From positions 746,001 to 810,000 of the forward strand of contig NC_045698.1 in the NCBI RefSeq assembly GCF_009834535.1: a stretch of DNA of 64,000 nucleotides, read 5' to 3'. This document shows positions 26,301-35,439 of the stretch, in pieces; position 1 is the stretch's first letter, and the number at the start of each line of letters is the position of its first letter. The translations under genes and the position numbers were made by a program. Source of the stretch: Camelus ferus (Eukaryota). Under the pieces are notes generated by a model. The model saw only the letters and a list, made by a program, of their open reading frames with translations. It ran no database searches and was not told the origin of the DNA.

Positions 26301-29300
26301 TTAATGAAAAGAAATATGAAAACAAAAATACGTCTGTATCTGCGTGGCTGGGACACCGTGCTGTACACCAGAAACTGACACACTGTAACTGACTGTACTC
26401 CAGTTAAAACAAATAAAATTAATAAATAAAATGAATAAAGGTAACACTGCTACCGAAGCAAAGGAAAAGTTGGAGAATGTCACCAAAAATCTGGAATGTG
26501 AGAAAATCTACATGGGATTTCTAGAGCTGAAAAATAGGCTGGTGGAACCCAAGAATTCAATAAATGGATTTCACAATCAGAAACAGAAGTGCCCTTCAGT
26601 GACTGGGAGACAGGTGGATGTGTGCTGCTCTGGGGGTAGAGGCTGAGTGCCCTCACCACGAGCAGCAGGAAACCCCACATGCTGGCGGCCCAGGGCATGA
26701 GCCCCTTAGCCTTCTCCAGCTCTGTTGAGGCCTGAGGACCCTGGCCACTGAGGGGGTGCCCTTGGGCCCCCACCCCACTGTGCGGGCAGGGACAGCAAGC
26801 GAGGTCAGGAGTGCTGGTGAGGCACTCTCTGGCCCCTCCCCTCCCAGAGCACAGGTGGCCCCTCCCCGAGGCCACGGGCCAGGCACGGGCTCCTGGGGGA
26901 GGCCTCGGGGACACCACAGGCGCACACGCACGGCCCTGCTCCACCAGCGTCCCACCTCTCGGCAAGGCTGGTGTGCAGCGGGGGCCTCAGCTGTGAAGGT
27001 GCAACAGCAGGAGACCCGCCAGCAACACGAACAAGAGTGAGGACGATGACCTGGAGGCCCCCACCGCAGACGGCACGTCCCACTGCGGGGCTCACAGCCC
27101 CACAGACCGCGCGCCCCACCGCGGAGTGCACACCCTGCCTCTGAACACGCGCCCTGCGGGCCTCACGTGTCTCTTGAAGGACTTCCGGACGTGTCCACGG
27201 GTGGCCCTCTGGACCACAGCATATCGGCGCACGCAGTACGTGCTCTCCTGGGGCCGGATCACTTTGGCGATCACCTCCACCAGCCTGTCCTGAGGGAGGG
27301 CGTCGTACGCCCCCGTCACGTCCACCTACGTGGGAGCGGAGGAGCCTGATTACACGCTCACCTTGGCCCCTGAGTTCCCAGGTCCTGGTAGTTCTGACCT
27401 GGCTTTAGCAAACCCTGTGAGGAATCAGACAAGGGAGGACAGGGGAGACCCTGAAGCCCCCACCATCCCATCCTCGCCACACACCCACCCTCCGTGGGGC
27501 TCTCATGGAGGCACCTCAACTCCCCCAGACTCCGAGCACCCCCAGATCGGGTCTGCGCCCTCTCTGGGCTGCAGGCTGGTGACCAGGAGATGCTGGCAGA
27601 TGGCCAGGGCTCTCGGGGCCCAGTGCCGGGATCCGAGCAGGTGGGCTTCCTTCTGTGAAGGGGACCCTGAGGGCAGGAGCCCCCGTGGAGCTGGGGTGCA
27701 GTAACGGAGTCAACTCCAGCAGGGAAGGCACAGAGCTTCTGCCCTTGGGAGCTGGGCACCCCCGCATGCAGACGGGGTCCCCTGACTTCCTGCTCACAGG
27801 AACATTTGTGGGATAAGGATGTGGCTGCACCACGGGCACCCTATCCGGGCAAACAGGACCTGCAGAAGGCCGGCCATGCCCCTAGACAGGGGCAGGCCAC
27901 CCGCAGGGGCAGCTCCCACAGGCCCCCGAGGCCTGGCCATCTCCCTTGACAGGTGTCGGGGGTGAGGCCCGGCCCTCACCTTGACGAAGTACAGAGGGGG
28001 TGCTGGGTGCCGGGCCCTCAGGGGCAGCACGAAGGCTCGCCAGGCCCTGTAGACGTCGTCCACGCCCAGCACGGAGGCCCCCAGGAGGCCCGGGCGCCGC
28101 GTCCGCTCATAGTTCAGAACAGCAAACAGGGTCTTGACCCGGGAGGAGAGGTGCTGGACCTGCAGGCCCAGCCCAGGAAGGCCAGTGTCATCAGAGGGGC
28201 CCCAGCCAAACGGGACCCAGGGTCAGACCGCCCCAGGGACGAGAGAGGCTGATCCCGTTCGGTGTCCCCTGTGGCCTCCCCTGCCCACCCCCACCCCCAG
28301 GGTCTCCCCAGGGACCCGTCGTGGGATCCTGGACACGTATGGAAAGATGCAGCCAGCTACACTGCTGATCCCCTCTACCTGGGCCCCACCCAGCAGGAAG
28401 GGACGCTGCCCCCCAGGGCCCCCCCACCAAGTGAGGAGTTCATCTGTGCTCAAAACCAAAACCTCTGTCAATATCGACAGCTTTTCCTTCCACTAATGAC
28501 AAAATCAACCCCAAATACCATAGGGGGCACTCGGAAGGGGTGACACATGGCGCCGCGGTGGGGGGGAGGAGTCACGGAGGCTAACCCCGGGGGTGAGGTC
28601 CTACAGGGTCCTCGGGACCCCAGAGGGCGGGTGACAGCTCATCACGTGGTTCCTCTTGCCCCTGGATCCCAGAGAGCACACGGTCCCCCACCGCAGGACT
28701 CCAGGAGCTGGCGCACGGGGGCCGTGTCATGACATCCCTGTGGGCTCCTGGAGCCTGTCCAGCACCTTGAAGGGCTGGCCTTTCCAGGAGCGCCTCTCGG
28801 GACCGGGGAATCCCGCCCCTCCATGGCCCGAGATGCGGCAGGCGCTGGCCTCCTCATGGCCGCCGGCCTCCTCGGGGTGGATCCTGACGGCACCAATGCC
28901 AGATCCGGGGTTTAAAAGCATTTTGCTTCCAAGTGACACAAGCGGTGACCTTCTTGTCCCGGGGGGCGGTCCTGGCTCCCGCGACGTAGTCCATGTTCAC
29001 GATTGGCCGCAGCCCGCTGGGCTTGGGGAGGAAGCGGAGTCTGGATGTCAGCAGAGCGTGCCTGGCCTCCTGGTGTCGCTTGACCTCGGCTTCCGACAGT
29101 TCTCGAAGCCGCACGCGATCTAAGTGTTGTCTGGAACAGAAAGGCCCGCAGGGAGCCAGGGCGGGTAAGCCCGGCAGACCCTGGTGCCCGTGCGGTCGGC
29201 AGAGCCCGGTGCCCAGTGCCCAGCACCTGGATGCGGCGGTGCAGCTAGGTGCCTGCTGGAGGCCCCTCCACGGCGGGGCCAGGACACCCAGCTCCTCTGG

Positions 29301-32300
29301 ACAGAGCCCTGGGTAGTGCAGGCTGGGGCCGGATGGGACCCTTGGGCCAGAGACTCCGCCTTCCTCCACACAGAACGAGCAGCGGGTGCTCGGAGCAGTC
29401 CCTGTGGACCTGCCAGCTCCCTTCGGCCTTTACCCCAAAGCCACCCACAAGGAGGGGCTAGGTGCCCCCCACCTCCTGGCCGCTGGGGCGAGAACGCTCC
29501 CTGGACTGGGGGCCCCGGGGTGAAGGGTGGCTCACAAGCAGAGCACATCATGGAACGCGAAGGCCCACCGGCAGAGGATGTCCCCACGGTCCCCACAAGT
29601 TGAACCTAGAGGCCGCTTGGGACCACTGGCCGTGAAATACTTTAAATAAGGTGCACCGTGCATGAGCTCAGGCCCTGACAAAGGCCTCCAAGCCTCTCCT
29701 AGATGCCGGACACCCCCATGTGGCCCAAGGCCCAGCCCGGCCCCCTCCGCGGACGTCTTGACTCAGGGCACGGGTCTGGCCCGAGCGCACAGCTGCGCCC
29801 TCTGATGCTGGGCACCTCGGCCGAGCTCAGCCCATGTCTTTGAGGCTGTCACACGATCCTGATTGAATCCCAATGCAGCTCACATCCGCCCAATCCTTTA
29901 AAAGGGACATAAAACAGCCACTGAGCAATGGAGACAAAGCCAGTGGTCACCGTGAGGCAGGCAGCCTCTGGAAATGCCGCTGCTCGGGGACTGGGTCCCG
30001 GGTAATTCCCGCAGCACCTGTCATGCAGTCACACTTGCTCTGCGGAGTGAAACCGCCCTGGGCCCACGAGTAGAGAGCAGTGAGCGGTCCGCCCGTGCTG
30101 TTTCCATCAGTCAAACCGCACCCCCTGCCCAGCCCCTTCAGACCCTCTCGCTCAAACCCTGGGCTTTACGGGTAAGAAGAGGGGGGCTGCAGGGGTCCAT
30201 GCCGAGTGCAGGACCCCGGCTCACACGCCCCTGGTGCAGCCGGAGCCACGGGGAGCCCGGCGGGGGCTGGGAGTAGGAGTCGGCACTCAGCTTACTGGCG
30301 TCTGCACAGGTGGGAAGCAGAGATCGCGTGACACCCGAGGGCCACCCTACCTGATGCCGATGCTTTGCAACTGGGTCCAGACGCTCTTCCGGAAGAAGAA
30401 GAGCCGGTTCTTCTGAAACGTGGTCTCCGTGACATAAAAGAACGCCCTGAGCAGCTCGACCACATATGTGCCCATCAACCAGCACAGGAACTTGGCCAGG
30501 ACGGCCTCTCTCAGACGGTGCTCCTCAGCCGGGACGCAGCCAACTCCTGGGGAGACAGGCCTGCTCACCCCATCTGTGCTGGCCAGGCAGGCCTGGACTG
30601 AGATGCGCATACACGCGGCCTGCACACACGCGGGGTCTCAGAGACTCGGCAGAGGAAGAACCTGGGATTGCGGCAGCGAGCTCCGCCCAGTTATGCGCTA
30701 AAGTGCCGATACCGGTCCCTGGGCTGTGATACGTTAGTTTCACCTTTGTTCCTTTCTTGTCACGGCTGCTGGAAGACTTAAACGACATCGTGACTCTAGT
30801 TCTACTCCTGGGCAGCGATGCCGTGGAGATTCAGCACTTATCCTGGTTTACACGCAGGTGGGGCTCCGGCCCTGACACTGACCAGCAGGACCCAGAAATG
30901 CCTGGGGCTTTCCAGGCTAGACAATGGTGGGGGGGGGGTCACACACCAGCTCAGGGATGTCAGACGCCTAGGGGTTCTGAACACGCACCATGGGCCAAGA
31001 TGACCACCCGCCCTGGTAGTTCTCTGTGCTTTTGTTTCGTTTATTTTTTCGGGGAGTAGTAATTAGGTTTATTTATTTATTTAATGGAGGTACCGGGGAC
31101 TGAACGCAGGGCCTCTTGCACGCTAAGCACGCACTCTACCACTGAGCTACACCCTCCCAACACCCGGTCCTCTGCGTTTTATCCTGTGCACTTGGAAACG
31201 TCATGAGCAGAGGTGCACGGGTTTCCCCAGAGCCTCAGCACAGAGTTAAGGTTTTTCCACCAGTAATGGACATGAAAGAAACAAAGGAAAAGAAAGGGGC
31301 CCAGAGGCAGGTCTGGGACAGGAGACAGATGGCGGACAAAGAGAAGAGACGAGGGGATAAAGCTAAATAAGCTTCGACCGGAGAAGCAGCAACAGCAGCG
31401 TCTAACGTGGACACAACGGTGTTAGTGGGTGGTGACCCGACCCTGGCACCCAGATTACCATGCTTCAGATGGTAATCACCAAGGGAGGAGAAACGGAGAG
31501 TGTGCACCTAACCGCCCCGGGGCAGAGCCAACACGCACAGTGAGAAAACGCACACAATCCATCAGGAAGCCAGAAGTATGGACACGGAAAAGCAGACACG
31601 CTGGGAAGATGGAAAGCGCATCGAAACCTGTCCATCATCATGGAACAGTGAAAATAAATGACACCTGGTAAGTGGTGAAGACCGTCAGGCTGAGTTGAAA
31701 ATAAATGTAAAACTCTCTGCTCTTGGTAAGGCACCTCAACTTTGAGGCTACATAAAGGGTACAGACAAAAACCAGAAGATGAAACATGACCCAAGAGGTA
31801 AATGCTGACCCACAGGAGGCCAGGGCAGCGGCTCCGTGAGCAGTTAGACAGACTCAGGTGAAAAGAGTCACTAGACACTTTCCAGGAAGAGAAACTGTAG
31901 AGCGTGCACCCTACCAGGACGAGACGTGGACACACCCACCCCAGGGGCACGCCCACCCTTGGCATTGTGGCCCCTGGCAGGATACACAAGTTTTGTGCAG
32001 CACCTGGTGGAGAACACGGCACCATCCCCGGGCCCCTGACACCCTGACCAGCAGCGCAAACGCCCACGCACAAGGCCAAGCAGGCCTCCAGCGCTCAGGG
32101 AAGCCTGCGGACCACCACCCGGCCACGTCAGAAACCAGCTGAAGGTGATTTACAACGGCCCAAATAGCTCCGGGATTAAAGGAGAAATCACGGAAGGAAC
32201 AGAAAACACAGAAAAGCGGCTGATATCAAAACGCGCAGCCGAAGCGAGCAGGGCACAGAGATCACACGAACGCACTGTGGGGCAGACGCAGGACTGGGAG

Positions 32301-35300
32301 TCAGAGTGGGAATGGCGGGCGGCCCAGAAAGCGGGAGATGATGAACTTCAGACCTCAGCCGACAGCCCTGCTGAGACGTGGGAGCCACTCGATGGTCCAA
32401 GGGGCTCCGCAGGAGGGGCACGCCCCCACCCACAGGGCGGGAAAAGCCATCACTGCCAGATGTGCATGGACGGGACGGGCTGACCAGAGGCCAAGCGCAG
32501 TCCAGGGACCCGGGTCGAGGCAGCGAGCAGGAGTCGTTCTTGTCACAGCTCTGGCCACACCGGACAGCAGATGTGGACAGCCTGGGGGGCTGGCCTCTGG
32601 CGCTGGGAACCAGGGAGGTGACGAGTTTCAACAGGCAGTGCGGTGGGCAAGGCAATGGCCAAACCCAGCTCAACAGAGGCAAAGAAGCCCAGTGCTGTGG
32701 ACGGAGTGGCCGGGAGGCCATCCCGGCTGTCCACATCACCTGGCCTGGGGGTGTCCTGGGGAGCCGGAAACAGTGTGCACCAGTGCCCACCGGAGACCAC
32801 CGAAACCATGATCCTGGCGGCTGCGGCTGGTCGTTTCAAAGCCCCCACCCCAGGAAACTGTCCCATGCATCCTGGGCGGGCAAGTCGGACTCTGACAGAG
32901 GCTCTGCAGTCACCTCCTCCTTGAAGAAGTGGAAGCTCGGGATTCGGGGGAGGCCCGACCTGGGGTCTGTCCTTCCGGCCGCTCCACCACACAGAGAGCA
33001 GGGAGGGGGCTGGTCCGTTTCTTTCCTGGCTCCGGTCTGACAAGGAGGGCACTGACTGAGAGGGGCAAGTGGCGGCTGGACCAGAGGAACCCCAGCATGA
33101 AGCCCAGAAAACCACAGTGGGAGGGACATCGCAGGCCTGGCTTCACAGAAACTCCTGCCGGGACACGCAGGGCTGCCCACCTCCCTGAGACAGGGAAGGG
33201 GGGTGTCCTGCTGCTCCTCTCTGCCCTCGGTGACCTTGGGGCCTCATTCAAGGACATCGTCTTTTCACTCCTCCCATGTGCCTGGCCCTGGCCTAGCAGA
33301 CATGCAGTCAGAACTCACATTAGGACCTGCATATCGCCGACCAAATGTGTCGGGAACCCAGGAGCCCTGCCTCCCACCCCCCTGATAAGGGGCTTCTTGG
33401 CCCAGGACCCATTTCTATCAGTGGGGCACCATTTCAAGGTGATAAAGCTTCAAGTAGGAAAGGGGTAATGAGGAACCTGCAGGCATGCTCACGAGAGCTC
33501 CAGGCACCTCTGTCTGTCGTCACAGTCCTGCTCACCTGCTCTCTGCCACCGCCCCCCAACCCAGCGCCCAGAACCTGCCCAAGTCCACGAAGGTCCGCAG
33601 ATTCATGCAAACTGGGTGGGAGTGGGTCGGGAGCAGAGAAGTCAGATGGAGCCACCCAACAGCCACCAAGAAGCCCACTGCGCTGGAGCGAGGTGCGGAG
33701 AGGGCCCTGTTGCGTCCCAGGTCCTGGGGTCCGGTCCTGCAGGGCCAGCCAGCACCTGCTCACCTGGGCTCCTCACCTGGGCTCCTGCGCAGCCAGGTGC
33801 AGTCCTGCACTTTCATCTTCCACGTCAGCTCCTGCAGCGACAGCTTGGCGTGCTTTCCCAGGGAGACTAGCTTCTTAACATTCCTCATAAAGCGGCGCTG
33901 GTTGTGCCTGGAGCCCCAGAGGCCAGCAGGCACCAGCCTGTGAAGACAGGCTCGCAGGAGCGCGTACACCTGCCAGGGGCTGCTGTGCTGGCGGAGCAGC
34001 TGGACCAGGCACCGCGGGCCGGTGTGCCCCTCCGGGGCTGCCATGGGCCTCTCCAGGGTGCAGGTGTCCACCCCATTGCGCTCCGGGATGCCTGACCCTG
34101 CCCAGGTGGCCTCGGTCCGCAGCGGGCAGTGTGCCCTGAGCAGTGCTTGGTAGGGACATCGCGCATGGTTCTCAAGCAGCTCCCGGAACAGGGGCCTCAT
34201 CTGCCAGTAGCGGGCGGGCAGGCGGCGCGTCCTGCCGGGAGCCCCTGGCCGCCAGGGCTTCGAGCTCAGAAAGATGGTCTCCAGGAGCTTCCGGGCCCCC
34301 GCCAAGCTGGGAGGCAGGGAGCAGAGCAGGAACGAGCGGCGCAGCCGTTCCTCGCTCCCCGGGCAGTACAGGAAGTGTTTGGTCTCCACGCACACTCGGG
34401 GACCGGGCACGCCCTGGGGACGTGACTGCTGCCAGGATGCCAAGCCTGCACCGCAATCGCCACCCGCCAGCGGGAGGGGGCAACGGGTCCGGGGCACCTC
34501 ATCCTCCTGAGACTCGGCTTCCGCGGCAGCTCTGGTCTCTGTTACCGCGCGGGGGTCGCTGTCGCTAGGTCCAGTAGCCCTGCCCAGGTGGGCCCCGGAC
34601 GCCTGCCCATTGGGTCCTCGCTCTGGCCTCGAAGCGCGCCTGGGCCTCTTGGCTGGAGGCGGACGACCCTCTGCGCTGCCCCAACGCCGCTTCACGCCCG
34701 GGGCGGGCAGCCCCCAGGGTCCCCCAGCGTTCCCGTCGTTCCGGGCTTGGCGCGTAGGTCCGAGGCCTGCCTGGGGGCCGCCCGCGGGTCCGGGCCGAGC
34801 CGCGGCGCCGCTGCAGAGGTCATAGAGCGGCGGCCCGCACAGCTGGTAGGCGCAGCTCGGGGCCACCAGCAAGTAGAGCGCGCAGCGCGCCAGCAGGTGG
34901 GTGAGCACGTCGTCGCCCACGCGGCGCAGCAGCAGCCCCCACGCGCCGCTGCCGCGCAGCGTGTCGGTCACCGTGTTGGGCAGGTAGCTGCGCACGCTGG
35001 TCGTGAAGGCCACGGGCGGCCCGCCGCGGGCCCCGTCCAGCAGCGCGAAGCCGAAAGCCAGCACGTTCCTCGCGCCGCGCTCACAGAGCCTCTGCACGAC
35101 CCGGGCCACCAGCTCCTTCAGGCTGGACACCTGCGTGGAAGGGGTCCTGAGTCGCTGGAAACAGAGGTACATCGTTCCCCACCCTCTGACCCCCGACCTG
35201 GGTCCCTGGGGACAGCCCACCTGGCGGAAGGACGGGGCGGCGGGGGGCGGCTGTGCGTCCCAGGGCACGCACACCAAGCACTGGGCCACCAGCGCGCGGA

Positions 35301-35439
35301 AGGCCGCCGGGTCCCCGCGCCGCACCAGCCGCCGGCCCTCGGGCCCCAGGCGCCGCACGAAGGTGGCCAGCGGCAGCACCTGCCGGTAGCGGCTCCGCAG
35401 CAGGGAGCGCACCGCCCGGCACTGCAGCGCGCGCGGCAT
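17264..35439 (-). CDS. TERT: Telomerase reverse transcriptase, complete 16-exon CDS, 1133 aa
   Basis: complement(join(35221-35439,33777-35130,30351-30546,28950-29130,27980-28159,27167-27325,25596-25691,25013-25098,24227-24340,23748-23819,22699-22887,20987-21113,20557-20618,18571-18695,17670-17807,17264-17367)). Exon sizes are 219/1354/196/181/180/159/96/86/114/72/189/127/62/125/138/104, matching my recollection of human TERT except exon 6 (+3). Motifs present: T (FFYVTE), 1/2 (LRFLPK, LRPIVNM), A ([12 protein letters not shown]), B' (QGVPQGS), C ([10 protein letters not shown]), E (FPWCGLL), C-terminus DFKTILD*. Confidence 0.97.
17670..17807 (-). CDS. TERT: TERT exon 15
   Basis: [45 protein letters not shown]; cctcag/gtgagc. 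Confidence 0.95.
18571..18695 (-). CDS. TERT: TERT exon 14
   Basis: [41 protein letters not shown]; tcctag/gtgcgc. Confidence 0.95.
20557..20618 (-). CDS. TERT: TERT exon 13
   Basis: [20 protein letters not shown]; ctccag/gtgggt. Confidence 0.95.
20987..21113 (-). CDS. TERT: TERT exon 12
   Basis: [42 protein letters not shown]; cctcag/gtgcgt. Confidence 0.96.
22699..22887 (-). CDS. TERT: TERT exon 11 (motifs D and E)
   Basis: [22 protein letters not shown]...[20 protein letters not shown]; cttcag/gtgaga. Confidence 0.96.
23748..23819 (-). CDS. TERT: TERT exon 10 (motif C, VDDF)
   Basis: [23 protein letters not shown]; gtccag/gtaagg. Confidence 0.96.
24227..24340 (-). CDS. TERT: TERT exon 9 (motif B')
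   Basis: [37 protein letters not shown]; ccccag/gtagga. Confidence 0.96.
25013..25098 (-). CDS. TERT: TERT exon 8
   Basis: ttccag|[28 protein letters not shown]|gtgggc. Confidence 0.93.
25596..25691 (-). CDS. TERT: TERT exon 7
   Basis: cagcag|[32 protein letters not shown]|gtcggt. Confidence 0.94.
26104..26439 (+). mobile_element. 5'-truncated lineage-specific L1 3' end in TERT intron 6 (antisense to TERT)
   Basis: tgaactcctctacaaaacc..agactcacagac, G-rich tract, ctgtacagcacaggaaactatattcagtgtcttgtaataa, gctgtacaccagaaactgacaca and an A-rich tail, typical of artiodactyl L1 3' UTRs. Confidence 0.8.
26440..26600 (+). mobile_element. Old L1 ORF1-region fragment
   Basis: tttctagagctgaaaaata...aagaattcaataaatggatt resembles the L1 ORF1 coiled-coil coding sequence (LELKN...KNSINGF). 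Confidence 0.45.
27167..27325 (-). CDS. TERT: TERT exon 6 (motif A catalytic Asp)
   Basis: acgtag|[15 protein letters not shown]...RKSFKRH|gtgagg. Confidence 0.95.
27980..28159 (-). CDS. TERT: TERT exon 5
   Basis: ctgcag|[19 protein letters not shown]...PPLYFVK|gtgagg. Confidence 0.95.
28950..29130 (-). CDS. TERT: TERT exon 4 (motifs 1 and 2)
   Basis: [16 protein letters not shown]...[20 protein letters not shown]...RDKK|gtcacc. Confidence 0.92.
30351..30546 (-). CDS. TERT: TERT exon 3 (T motif)
   Basis: [13 protein letters not shown]...[35 protein letters not shown]; ccccag/gtaggg boundaries. Confidence 0.96.
31030..31158 (-). mobile_element. tRNA-derived SINE (camelid Vic-1-like) in TERT intron 2
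   Basis: Minus strand reads GGGAGGGTGTAGCTCAGTGGTAGAGTGCGTGCTTAGC...GTTCAGTCCCCGGTACCTCCA (A box and B box), then (TAAA)n, cctaattac and an A-rich tail. Confidence 0.85.
31240..32460 (+). mobile_element. Decayed L1 (inter-ORF and ORF2 5' region) in TERT intron 2
   Basis: A-rich strand bias and L1-like blocks such as gattaaaggagaaatcacggaaggaacagaaaacac; boundaries approximate. Confidence 0.5.
33777..35130 (-). CDS. TERT: TERT exon 2 (1354 nt)
   Basis: acgcag|[28 protein letters not shown]...[23 protein letters not shown]|gtgagg. Confidence 0.95.

Noticed and set aside
23748..27325. Reverse transcriptase of a retroelement or a novel RT system
   Set aside because: The RT motifs are split across canonical TERT exons with the telomerase-specific T motif upstream; this is the host telomerase.
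31051..31158. tRNA gene
   Set aside because: The tRNA-like head runs directly into a (TAAA)n tail and a second degenerate copy exists, so this is a SINE.
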